A DNA stretch of 64,000 nt from Strigamia acuminata. Lineage: Eukaryota. The notes beneath the pieces are model-generated. The model did not search any database and had not been told where the DNA came from. It saw only the letters and a program-made list of their open reading frames with translations. Of this stretch, positions 43,458-56,225 are shown piece by piece (position 1 is the first letter of the stretch; each line of letters opens with the position of its first letter). The position numbers and the translations under genes are program-made. The DNA lies in contig OX442314.1 in the NCBI GenBank assembly GCA_949358305.1, positions 22,010,001 to 22,074,000 of the forward strand, given 5' to 3'.

Positions 43458-44066
43458 CAGTGGTTCCCAAACTTTTTTGGTTCACGGTGCCCCTGTAGGT
43501 GGTCATGGTCAGTGTTGTGTCGAACGCGAACTAAGGTCGCGAACTAGTTCACTTTTAAGAGTGAACTTGAACGAAGTTCGCGTTCACCATGTTTGATGAT
43601 GAAAACGTCGCAAAAACGTAACTTTTTGCAACGGTTTTAAATGTTTTGATGACGTATTCATCATCAAAACATTCATTTTGATCACTTTTTACAACGAAAA
43701 CGGCGAAATAAGCCGTTTTCATCATTAAAATCAATAAAAACGACTGCTTTACTAAAAAAAAAAAAAAGTTTTTTTTTCCATCTGCAAACCACAAATCATA
43801 AAAAAAAAAAAACAGTCAATTCTTTAAAAAAAAATTGGAAAAGTGAACTGAACTGTTAGTTCAAGTTCGTGAACTTGAACTTAGTTCATTTTGAAAAAAA
43901 ATGTAGTGAACGTGAACGTGAACTAGTTCACACGGTGATGAACGCGAACTTGAACTACGGTAGTTCACGATTTGGTGAACGAGATACAACACTGGTCATG
44001 GTACCCCTGCCAGTAAGTCCAGCGTCCCTGTAGGGCCCGTCGTGGCGCACAGTATTGGAACCACTG
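43458..44066. mobile_element. hAT-type MITE (outer)
   Basis: CAGTGGTTCCCAAAC ... ATTGGAACCACTG with 8-bp TSD TGTTACAG/CGTTACAG. Confidence 0.85.
43510..43994. mobile_element. hAT-type MITE (nested, inner)
   Basis: CAGTGTTGTGTC ... GATACAACACTG, perfect 8-bp TSD GTCATGGT, many subterminal GAAC/GTTC repeats. Confidence 0.9.
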
Positions 44067-46285
44067 CGTTACAGTATAATTGTTTATTGTATGCAAGTGA
44101 ATAGTGCCATTACCTGTTATTATTACTAAAAAGTATGTATTTGTTAATGTTTTTCTTTAGTTTGATGTTGGCATCAAGACATTGAGCGCAGAGTAGAGGC
44201 GACGTTAACTCATTTTGTGTATCGTTATGTTTTGCTAGTGCGCTGGGACTTTGTATTGCATTGCAGCCAAGTGTGAACCAAGCTTAATGCAGAGTTTGCA
44301 GCAGGTACATTTGCGGATAAGATGCCTTGATGTAGCTGCGAGTATGAATAGGGGAGCACTCATGCTGCGAACAATACTTTTGCACTAATTATAGCGTAAA
44401 ATTCGCCATAATTATTTGCAAAAAGTACCTGCCACAAACTTTGTATTGTCAAACTGCCTTGAGGTTTTTTTTTTCTTCATTTTTTATTGGTGTCGTAAAT
44501 TGTATAAAATGAAATTTATAATTGAAATTCCACAAGATCCTTATTATTAAGAAATGTAATCATCTTGCATTTCATAGCATCATCGCGAAATGACTAGTTC
44601 CCTAACTCACAAAATTCATGAATTTAATCCATAAAACTTTTTTCTTCTTAATATAATGTTTTGCAAGGACTCATCTTTTTCATTCCTCAAGCTCAAATGC
44701 AAATTTATACTGTATAAACATACCAAGTAACAACACTTATACGCTGCACATCTGACTACACCCACACCTGTGACATGGGTTATATTAAAGAAGTGCGTTT
44801 TATTATTAATATAATTTTTTTTGTGTATAGGCTTTGTATATACATATTTCTATATATATATTTCTTCTATATGGTTTTCTATATTTTTGTTTTTGATTAT
44901 TTTTTTGTGGGAGATGATATGAAAATATCTGCAGGGCCAAAATGACCTCCATCAGTGGCCCAGAAAACGAGGTAATAGTGTGCAAGCTTTATATGGGGGG
45001 GGGGGGGGAGAAGAGACTTGAGTTGCTAACAAATCGTGATGGTCGTCCCCATGTAGTTTGGAAGATGTTTTTATCTATAGACATCATAAAAAAGTGCATG
45101 TGCAGTGTGCAGTTGTTTCTATCGAACTCTGGTTGCAGTCTCTTCCTAAGATGGGCTTCGCCTAGGTTTTTTTTTTCTTTCCTTCTAGTGTCTTTACTAC
45201 ACTATCAATCAGACTGGAATAATTGAAAATGTTCTTGGCTAGGTGGAAATGAGTCAGGATAGTGGTTTTAGAAATGCCTTTGAGCTTAAAGAGTTGCGAG
45301 TTGGCAGTAGATATTGAATTATTTGTTTATAGATATGCAATAACTCTACTTGAATTGTAATTTAGACTTAGAACGATATTTTTTAATATTTGGTAAATTA
45401 ATTGAGGGTTTTCTTGGTTTAAACTTCAAAAATGGCTGCCAAAACATATTAAACTGTAATTTTAGGAATGATTTTCCATGTAAACAACTTTTGTTGTTCA
45501 AGTGGTTGTATAAAATATGCATTAAGACTCGTTTAAAGAAGATAAACCAGGCTGTATGAACATGTAGTATAGGCCTATTTGTGAAGTTCGATTCAGCTGC
45601 ATTAACGCAGAGTAAAATGAATTTGACAGCTAATTGAGCGGTCACTGAAGCCAATCTTGCTGCGAAAGTGACTTTGTGAATTTGTTGTTTGGTTAACAGT
45701 TTGCAATTATTTCTGCTTTTATAAAGTGGCACTAAAGTATTAACGTGCTTAGTAGAGCTGAACCTGTTGTGCCGTTTTAATGCATCACATTTATCGGATT
45801 GCATTCAGCAAAGGAAACAGATTTAGTAAAAGCTTCAGACCATGCTTAAAACTAAGTTATATGCTCTTGGTTTTCGAAACAAGTTTCAGAAACTTCAGTT
45901 CTGGTGAGTGAATTGCGTGGTGATAAAAGCTATACAAATCTTTATTTTAAATTTCTGGCTTAGATTTTAATTTTATATGAAGATCAGGCTCGGTTGTTTA
46001 AATTTGACATAAAAAAAACATCACACTCTACACACAAAGGCAAAAAAGAGGCACAAAAGAGAAAAAATTTCCTTTGTATGCACAAATTGGGTGTACCTTC
46101 TGTCTTTTGAACTGCAGCTGTCACTGTTGATAAACAATAATGGCAGTTTGTGAGGGTCGTTTGCTATTTACGTGGTTTGAATACAGTAGAGAAGCTTTAA
46201 TCGTTCGATATTGAATATTTGAAAAATGTTTCAAAAAATGCTTTGCACTTCCCAATTGAAATCGAAATTTTGCATTTTAATTTCA

Positions 46286-46518
46286 CAGTTTGCGCCCGAT
46301 ACCTTGATGCTAAATATTCAAACTGCGCATTGCGTTCTGCGCACATTATTCCCCGAAGACAACTCGGTGAATTAGTAATATTAAGCCTACTCGGCTTATT
46401 ATTAGTAATAACGTTAGCAATAAAATCAATAAAAGCAATAATTCACAATTTGAACTACATTTGAACATGTCTGCGCCGAACGGGCTGAATTTAGCGCCGA
46501 GTTGCCAGGCGCGAACCG
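46286..46518. mobile_element. MITE family B (CAGTTTGCGCCCG ends), diverged copy
   Basis: CAGTTTGCGCCCGATACCTTGATGCTAAA ... TTTAGCGCCGAGTTGCCAGGCGCGAACCG; homologous to 53964-54290. Confidence 0.7.
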
Positions 46519-49500
46519 TAGAATGGTTCATTAAACTAAAACATAGCATTAATCCTGTAACCAAATTGCAATCAGTTGGGAGAGCAAGCAGAATGACCGC
46601 CAAAGTTTTCATGCGGGATAAAAAGGTCCGCCATTATTCTGAAATGATTTGAAAAATTGGTCCATTTGCTCCTTTGTGCAGATGAATTGGCTAGATGTTG
46701 CAGAAAACAATTGGAAAAAGCCGGCCCCCGTAGCTGGCGCATTCAACGATTTCTTTATGCGGTGGCATAGATGTATGGAATCCCAGTTGTGAGCTATGAA
46801 TATCTACGATATCGGGGACAAAAAAGAATTATTCTGCAAGGCGGATAATGCCAGCCCAGCCGTATATGCGACTATACTTTTACATTTCTCTTTTATTTAT
46901 GGCCGATGTTGCCAAATGAGATTCTGATTCTACTTATTGATTTCTAATATCATTTTTGTTTGCAACATTTCCACGAGCACATTTCGACTTCCCTCTTGTA
47001 AGGGGAAGGAAAATTTTCAATTAAATATTCAACGTTGTGTCTTTTTCTTCGATCCTTGTCCTCTTTTGGCTTCTTTTTCAAGACTCTTTCGATCTTATCC
47101 TCAATTAAACCGTCTGCATCAGACTTTTTATTTATTTATTTATTTATCATTTTTCTAGAGCTCGTTTTATTCCCCCTACACTCGCCACTCATGTTTATAA
47201 AGTTATGTTAGGTGGTGTATGGTAGCATGCGCATGAAAAATGCACGACATTGAAAATTTCATTACACACTTTCCTTTCCCACCTTTCCGTCTCCACTTGG
47301 CGCTGTCTATTGAAAGAGGCGTGTGATTCGCCCGAGTTGTAACCGAGAAAGAGCGAGAGAGAGAAACTTGCCTTCCTCCTATTTGCCTCTTTCATTCTAA
47401 TCTCCTTGGTAACGCCAAAGCGACCCCTGGTGAGAACTCGTGCATCAAAGCGGCGAACAGCGCCCTCGTTACCACGTGACAACACTGGCGAGATGGGCGT
47501 CGGGGCACAACGTGTTTCCATCTCTCCCGTGCAGCACGTGCTGCTCGGCATCCGGCTGTCGAACGTGTTTGATATCTGATGTACGGGGGGGCGGTGGAAG
47601 TGGCGAATGAAAAAGTCGAGTATCGAGCAACGTGTGCAACCGCGTTTTGAAGAGAGATAGTGGCGCGTGCTGGCCGAAGACGTATTGGAGTGGAGGAAGT
47701 CGGATTTGGAGTAGGGAAGAAGACAAGTTTGTCGTCTAAAGCCTGTTAATTTCGATTGGTTAGGAAGAAGTGCAAGCGCTGGTCTGGAGAAGACTTACGA
47801 GCTGGTGGCACTCTTGGGACCGGCACAAAGCCTGGGACAATTGCTCGTGCTTGTCACACGCGTTAATTGTCATTTTAATTGTGTTGCCAAGTGAGAAACG
47901 TCATCTACCTCCCTCGGTGCCGTCGTGAGAATTCACTTTTGGCAAGTTGCACGCGGCCTCGACGAGGAATTAAAGGGGCAGCTGACAGAGACGTGTGTTA
48001 TCGGAGACGGTAGGAGGAATTGAAGTTGTAAGGTTTTTTTTTCTCTTTCGTAATTTTCAATTATAAAACGGGTTTACATATTTTTTGTTGTTGAAAATAC
48101 AGGTGCAATACTTTCAAGCTCATACGTGCATTTTTTTCAAAGTGTTTTTATACAAATTTATGGAAAATATTTATCCAATAATTGTTATTGTATAACATCA
48201 ACAAATAAATGATGTTATTTATGGCTTGTCCAGGAGAATTCAGTACTTTAAAGAAAATTTTTCCAGGGGGAGCCCTCTAATATGGGATTCCAGTCCCGGG
48301 CTAACTAGTTCAATTTTTACTGACCACGGGTCAGCACGTGTTTTGAAGCAATCCGAAAAAAAAGTTTGGTTTTCTTCTTTTATACGATTGCAAATACGAT
48401 ATATACGATATATACGATTGCAAATTTTACGAAGATATGACAATTAGTACTTTACGTAATATCTTTATAAAATTTGCTATTTTTAGACATATAACATTAC
48501 ACAGATTGCGGCAAGTACTTTTTTTCTTAAAATTATGACATTTTTGACACTAGTTAAGTTTGGGTTGCGGTTGAAGTTTTTTGTTATAGTTATAAAATTA
48601 GACTTAACTTTTACATGTCATGTGATTACCGTAATTAGTATTGTCTTGTTTTTAACTGTTTCAATACGATGCTGCAGCTTTATTATTGTGAATTTAAATG
48701 AATTAAAAGCAAAAATAATTAGATAAACTGTAACATGTGCTTCGTCTTGATAATGTTATAATTTTAACAAAGTTTCGTGGATGATAGATACTAACGGAGG
48801 ATTAGTTGTTAAAACAATTAAAATGTCGTTTGGTTTAGATATAGGATCAGATATTCTTGGATCGCTCTTAATGAAAGTTTAGAAGGAAAATTTAATTTCG
48901 GTTGTAACTGGGAATTTCAAAAAATGTGACATTTTGTCAGACTCACTTAGGTTAGTGTTTGTTTAAGACTATTAAAGCTGGAAAGCAGATGCAGCCGCAA
49001 TTTCTTAAGTATTTCTTAAGAGGATTGAAAAATGTCAATAAATTTTGGGGACGAAGTGGCGTGCATTGCGCATGTGTATCAGGGTTCGGATCTTCGGCAA
49101 GAGTCTATTGTTTACTAGAATTGTCGTGGAAGGCGAGAATTTGAAGTTTTATTGCAACCGAATATCGAAATATTGAATTTTTAGTCACGGATTGAAGGCA
49201 GAATTGGGCATTGAGGGAAAATCACAGAAATGAGCCGATAAAAATTGAATAGTCTACAAACCATGAACTGCTTTTTCCTTTCACTCGATCTATCGCCAAT
49301 TCGAGATATCGGACTCAAACACTTGGAAAAGTCATAAAGTGGGTCAAAAAGTGACTGTAACTTTCACTTTTTTAAAAAGTCCCTCTTCGACGATGACTTT
49401 TTTCTTTCTTTAAATGACGACATTTCTTGCTTGGAAAATGGCTTTGCCAGGAAGTCGGCTAAAAGGAAAGATTTTGAATGCACCAAATGATAATTGCATT

Positions 49501-50152
49501 TGAAATGAATCTCTTATGCGGAGATTAGGATTGCCTTTTGTGAGGTTTTTGATGCGGATTTAGCTGGAGGATTTATCTTCAATTTGGAAATTTTGTTTCA
49601 AAAGCTGAATAGGTCAAGTACGTACGTACTGTGACACTTAACATGATCATGGACCCGTAAGCAGAATACCGTAAATGCTGTCATTCAACGCGGGATGCTG
49701 ATTGAACGCGGTGGAAAGCCAATCTGTAAACGGATCTCTAATTGAGTGCGGGTAACTAGTAGTGTGCAGGCGAACTAAAGGGCTACGAAACCAATGAGAT
49801 GTCAATGATCAGCTTCATCTGCTATCAGTGAAGATGTGCAAGTTTTTTAACAAATAATAAATGCCCTAGTCAGAAAAGGATGAGAAAAACTACTTGTTGC
49901 TGGTTAAAACAGTATTGTTTTTTATTGTTACAATGCCACCATATAAATTGATTTTCTGGGACAGTCTTATTAGAAATAATAAGATTCATGTCCTGGCTTA
50001 TTTTTGTTCTTGATTTTGTCAACAATTTTTTAAAAATTTTATTTTTCCTGTTTGATAATGATCGCCACTATGGCAACACAATGCCAAATTTTTATTTAGT
50101 GTACACAGAAACATTAGGTGTATTCAATTTGTAAGAGCAGAACAGGATAGGA

Positions 50153-50400
50153 ACCGCTCACCATGCTGATCACCTGTTTCCATTAGGACACTCAAGTTAA
50201 GCAGCTTTTGGTCTGGTCAGTACTTGGATGGGCGACCTGCTGGGAATCCCATTATTTTGCATCCTTGTCTGATTGAGATATTGTTTCTATGGCAAGAACA
50301 TCTGCCATCTGCCTCCAACTGGGTTTTCTATGGTTTTTCCAGTTCTCGGTGTAAATGCAAGTTGTCTCACAGATTGCGGCTTGCACGGCCTAATACCCGT
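50153..50400 (+). mobile_element. 5S rRNA-derived SINE (SINE3-type), copy 1
   Basis: Head AAGTTAAGCAG...GGTCTGGTCAGTACTTGGATGGGCGACC..CTGGGAAT resembles the 5S internal control region; the non-5S body is shared with 54325-54570. The 3' end is not defined. Confidence 0.75.
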
Positions 50401-51782
50401 CATGGGCAGTCGAACTAAGGTGTCTGATGTAATAATAGCTTCTTCTATAGCACTTGCTTTGGGTCGGGCAATGGTGGGTCGTTGATGGTGATCACCCTCG
50501 AATTATAGCCGTGGCTATTATTCGATAAATTTCATATTTTTAATGTAATTTAATTCTTGTGTTATTTATTGAAAAGAAACAATTTTATTTTCCGTTTTGT
50601 AAGTGATAATGAAAAATTAGTCACTTCCCCTTGTATATAAGACATTTAAAGAGAATACGTCGCTTTATGTTACTTCAGAAGTTTGTTTTTTAAATCAAGC
50701 TTTGAAGGAAAAGTGCACTTAAATTTGGCAGTGCAAATTCTAACTTTTTAGTATTTATTTTGCTTATTTGGATTTGCAGAAAGGAAATTTAATTTAATTT
50801 TTTTGTCCAAATTGTGGCAATATGCGGGTGGCACTATAAATGGAAACGCACTAGCTTTTGTTCGTTTACGTTCACTGGTAACTGTAGAAATTTGAATATC
50901 GTTGCCATTTACGACTCGCGAGTCCGAACCCGAGTGGCCCATCGGTTCAAGTTTGTCGCCTGCACGGGGTCTCAACAAACACGAACTACTAAAGAGACCC
51001 TGTTGAGAAAGAATGTTAAATTCATATAATGGCAACGCTTTATAGTCGTTGGTTTGGGCTCACTCTGAATGTGAATACCCATTCCATGCAATGACCCCTG
51101 GTGACATTCTTTAATTGGGAGTGGCGAGATTTTTCCACCCCTCTATTTGAAGGGGGAGGAAATCAGTTCTTAAAATTATCAAGGGAGAAATATCCCTTAT
51201 TTTCTTTTACTTCTTTGCTTTGTGTTTGTTGTCATCTTGGTAGGGAAAAGGAAGTAGAAATTTCTCCTGGGGACACGAGAGGAGGTTTGTAGCTTGTTAC
51301 AACATAATGGAAAAAGAGATGTGGAGTGAGGAAAAAAAGGGGGGGGATGGTCTGTAGTGACCAAAGTTTTGGTTCATTATAATGGCTCATTGTGGAGAGC
51401 AGAAGTTTGTACTGCAAGGCTTGGTTTCATTGGGGTTTATACGGCAAAGAGTTGAAATCCCCTATCCGGTACAAGCTCAGCGCCATTGGGGGTTCATGTC
51501 TTTTATGTTGGAGTTGGATATGTGAGGAAGGGAATGAGAGCTGACATATTTGTTTTTCAATTCTGCTGCAGGAAAGATTTATTTCTAGTTGGAAGATAGA
51601 GTTACAAATGAAAATGCATGAAAGGGATATTTCAAAAAATCGATATTGAATACCTGAAGACGAATTATTTAGACAGTTGTTATCGGTTGTTTTCGTTGGT
51701 TATTACGTGACTTAGAAGAAAATATTGGGGCGCATGATTGGGCCCAATATTAAGCCTATGTATAATGCTGCCTGGGAAGTAA

Positions 51783-51999
51783 TACCGTATTGTATCGATT
51801 AAGAGCTGCGGCTCTTATTCAAAACTACCTTAGTTCTGTTTTGGTTTGGGTTTGAGTTGCATTATTATTAATGGGTTTGGTTTAATTTTGCAAAAAATTG
51901 TTTTGGGTTGCATTATTGTGTGGTTTATGCAAAAATGGCTGTACACATTTGTCTGATTTATCATTCTGCGGGTGAATAACTAGTCGGTAAAATACTGTA
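51783..51999. mobile_element. MITE family A, diverged copy 4
   Basis: TACCGTATTGTATCGATTAAGAGCTGCGGC ... GTCGGTAAAATACTGTA. Confidence 0.65.
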
Positions 52000-53963
52000 C
52001 ATGTACAATCGCGGTTGTAAAAATGGTCGTCTTCTTCATATGCTAGCATAGGGAGGGATGTACTCTGTATTTAAAAGGTTGCACACTAATGTTAAGTAAT
52101 GAGAAACTTGTGCTTGTGTATTTGTGTTAATTGAATTTTGCTAAGTCTTTGATGAGCATGATTTCGTTATTTCACTAGGTGCGTTTAATTCTAGATGGAT
52201 AAGTGACTTATGTGTTTTTAATACCTTTAGAAGACGAGATGACAATTTGGTCCTGCTTCATAAGTCACCTTCGTCTAAGTCATCTATAAACTTGCTCTTC
52301 TGCCTTATCGAATTTGACTTAATGCTATGCAGATAGTTTCTTGGGTTACGTATTAGATCAGCAGTCGCAGCCATTTTGGAGGATGTAGCTAAATAAGTAT
52401 GTTCATTAAGAAGTCACTTTCATAAGTAAGTGATTTCTTTTATGAATTGAACACACGCACAGTCTGTCTGGTGTATTGACGCTAGATGCAAACAAATTTT
52501 ATATTTTGCACTTGAGTGATTGATTACCTGTTATTATTTCTAAAATGAATGGTTCCTCTTGCATTTATGTGTGCGCAGACAGGGATTTACTTTTTGGAAC
52601 AACAAATCACAACAAATTGGCCTAAATTGAATACAATTTACATCACACGTGGCTAGTTTGTAAATAACTGAATACAGTTATTTAAACCAACAATCAACCA
52701 AAGTTGTAGCGATACAGTTAAAAGACAACCACAACTCTCGGTTCCGTTTGATTTTAGCATCAAGACACTAGACTTGACCTATAATTATTTGATTGCAAAA
52801 AAAAAAAACAGCAAAAAAAAAAGATATATGAATATATATATCAGAAATGGATCAGTATTATAACAGTTGGACTGATTTAAACACAGCAAATACAGCATAC
52901 AACAAAACTGATTGTACAGAGATTTTTGGGTGTCATCATTTGTTGGTACTTCTTTAGATAAAGTGCAAATTAAAACATGCCTGCAGTGTTGAAATGACAT
53001 TTCTGCTTCATTAGTTCCAACCTCGATAATGAGAAGGTAATGAGGTGGTAGTAAATGCTCCGGGGCTGAAACGACAATTCCTTTTTAAATTTTTAAAAAA
53101 ATGCAAATCTTTATTTCAAGTGTACATTTATTTACATATATACATATATATAAACACTCATTATATTTTCCTAATTTGGAGTGTCATGTATATTATCACT
53201 ACATGGATTATTGGATTTAATTGTTTGTAAAAGACATAAATATTTGTGTAAGTGACAGTTTACAGGATGTAAATAAAATTTGTGCGATTTACAAATCGTT
53301 AAATTCAAAAACTCATGCAGCAAAATTTATTTCCTCTCCATCTTGCTGGCCGGCAGTAACTGTAGGTTAGTGGCTTGTTGGCTGGAAAATGGATCTCTCT
53401 TTGGTTTGGATTGTTTTTAATGGGCGATGGCCATGCTGTGAAGCCGCACTGTTAATAGACTAAACGAAGTGAAACCTGTTGGACTTGCTATATATATATT
53501 TTTTATAACAGTCTGCAATAAGTAGTAAGTTTTTTTTTTTTTTCAATAGAAAAGGTTGTACAATAGATTAACTTGTATGTTCAGTTGAGACACTCGCCTT
53601 TTTGGATGTGAGAAAATAAAAAAGGTATGAACTGAAGATTGGAAACGCGGTATTGATTTCAGACTAGAGTATGATTTGGGAAACTGTGTGCTCTCTGGAG
53701 GGAACTTGGAAAGTTAAATATCAGATTTTACAGTGGTTAATTCAGAATTTTATTTAGGTTAGGATTTAGTGCTTTAAAACTCTCTCTGAGCCTATCAATT
53801 TGGAAACAATGACAGTTTTGATAATGTTGTCAGCTTTATGGAGTTTGGAAGCTGTATTTAACTGCATAGCGCTGTGTGTTGGTTTGGACGATGATAGTGA
53901 GTTCAGGCCCCGGTGAAAAATCTTTTCAGCAAAATCAGATCAGCTTAAAAATCGCCTTACCTA

Positions 53964-54290
53964 CAGTTTGCGCCCGGTATCTTGATACTAAATTCGTACT
54001 GCGCATCCCATTCTGCTCAGACGATTTTCTAATTCCAGTTGTTATTTAGCAGAATTAAGCCTAATATTAGGCCTAATAATGCTAAAAATGTGGTAAATAC
54101 ATAAAAATATTTTGATACAACGGTGTAAATTACTTTTAATAATGAGTTTGTTATTTATTTGCTTTATTGTAGCATCATTAGGCCTAATATTAGGCTTAAT
54201 ACTGCTAAATAACAACTGGAATTAGAAAATCGTCTGCGCAGAATGGGATGCGCAGTACAAATTTAGCGTCAAGATACCGGGCGCAAACTG
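53964..54290. mobile_element. MITE family B, best-preserved copy
   Basis: Inverted repeats over 100 bp: CAGTTTGCGCCCGGTATCTTGA... / ...TCAAGATACCGGGCGCAAACTG. Confidence 0.88.
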
Positions 54291-54324
54291 GTCATGGCCC
54301 TGTAAGTAAAATACTTGTAAGGGG

Positions 54325-54570
54325 ATTTAGATCAGGCAAGCTGCAATCTGTCGGACAACAATCTTGCATTTGCACCGAAAACAGGGAAAACCACATAAAA
54401 TTTAGTTGGAGGTGGGTTGCAGATGTTCTAGCACTAAAAACAGTATCTTAGACTGACAAGGATGAAAAACAACAGATTTCCAGCTGGTCACTCATCCAAG
54501 TACTGAATAGGCCCAATGCTGCTTCACTTCTGAATTCTATTGCAAACAGGTGAGCAGCATGGTGAGTGGT
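54325..54570 (-). mobile_element. 5S rRNA-derived SINE, copy 2
   Basis: The reverse complement reads ACCACTCACCATGCTG...AAGTGAAGCAG...CAGTACTTGGATGAGTGACCAGCTGGAAAT, followed by the same body as copy 1. Confidence 0.75.
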
Positions 54571-55590
54571 TTCTAGCCATGGAATAGGAAAAGAAAACAT
54601 TTGTTCAATATAGTTGAGCTTGGGTAATGTGTACCGACTTCCCTTTTCAGAGAACAGAGGCCCGAGCCAATTGAAATTGTGGGAAGATTCTTAAGAAGGC
54701 ACAAACCCAGGGAAAATATAATTTGTACCGGGCCAGTCTTGGCAATTGACTTTGTAAAGCAGGTTATTTCTTTTGTCAATAGACATTGTTAGCATCAGCA
54801 TCAGTATTAGTGAGCAAGATGAGTTGAGGAGAAGTTACCCTTTCTGCTTTTCATTTTCCTGAGCCAAATTGATTTGTGGTTTGGCTATTGACTTAGTGTT
54901 CCGGTGGAAAATGAACATTCCTCGATGAAGTATAAGGTCCAGCGGTGAAAAGCCCGCAGACATTGGAATTCTCAATGCTCTCATTGTCTTGGTCCGCTTG
55001 TCATGGTTGGGCTTTAGGGATGTGAGAGCTGGGTCCATTATGACATACCAAGTCGTAGTAGCACATGAACCAAAGTGACTTGTCCGTTTCTGCTTGACTG
55101 AAGCTCTTCACTAGTTTAATGGTCTATCTCCCTTGAAGTGACATGTTTCCTTTTTTTTTTTGTTCTTTCTATCTTCTTTCTCTTCCCTTTTCGACTTCGT
55201 AATCAAAATGCGAATTAGTTTACCTTGTGGTAAGTTTTGTCACATTGTGTTTGAAAGTTGAAACAACAGGATTTAAACCGAGATTAGGGAGGGTTCACAT
55301 GTACTTCGAAATGACATCGCTGCTTGTGAAATATGCAGATTTGTTGAGGATTTTGGAATAGGATTATTTCTTATTTTTTCTTAAGATTGTTTTTCACAGC
55401 CAATCACGTAATGTCAAATCTTTGCAATTTTTTTGTTTGAAAGTAAGAAGATTCAGATCGGTACATGTGGGGAGGGGTGGAGGGGATTGTTTGTTGTGTT
55501 TTTAGTGCTATCTCTTGATGGGAATTGTGGCATTGTTGTTGCTGGTTGTTACTTCCGCCACATGGATGGTGTTGGATTGTCTTCTTATAC

Positions 55591-56037
55591 CATGTTCACA
55601 CCAATGGATCGAGTTTGGCTGGATCTGATCGGCCCTATCAGATCCAACTGAACAGTGTTCCAATATTCACTTGGATGGAGTTGTGTTCACACCAAAATGT
55701 GATTCAATCAAACCAAACCGGGTTTTAGTAGCAACAGGTTTTGGAAACATCTCACTACAATGGCTGCCATTTTATTTTCGAATAATGTGCAACAATGGAA
55801 TGCTAGACTCCTGACATTATTTAATGAATTCCAATCCGAATCCATTCGTCGAATCGAGTTGTGGGAACTCCATTGGCGAACGGAGTTGTCTGGCACATGG
55901 ATCTAGATCCGTTAACGGAGTTCAGTGTTCACACCAATCTTGGATCTAGATCCGCAGCTTCGGGTGAGATTCAAAAGCTTTTGCCGATATGCAGTCACCA
56001 TGTGCAAAATGGCGACGTATTTGCAGGTGTGAACATG
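55591..56037. mobile_element. MITE with CATGTTCACACC inverted termini
   Basis: CATGTTCACACC ... GGTGTGAACATG, with internal GTGTTCACACCAA and GGATC/GATCC repeats. Confidence 0.6.
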
Positions 56038-56041
56038 TCTG

Positions 56042-56225
56042 AAGCCAGGTTGCCATATCCTTTTTGCAAAGGTGATAGTGACGAGTCGCAGAAACTATTT
56101 CCATTTCAGCGACGAGCGAAGTTTGCGACAATTTTGCCGGTTCGCAAAGGTTTAAACGATTAAACATTTTCGCGAGTTTAGCATCACGCTTTCGCAGGAA
56201 ATTCGCAGATATGGAAACTAGGCTT
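56042..56225. mobile_element. Short MITE
   Basis: AAGCCAGGTTGCCATATC ... GATATGGAAACTAGGCTT imperfect inverted termini. Confidence 0.55.

Noticed and set aside
50153..50250. Functional 5S rRNA gene
   Set aside because: Too diverged in the 5' half and continues into a shared non-5S body; better explained as a SINE head.
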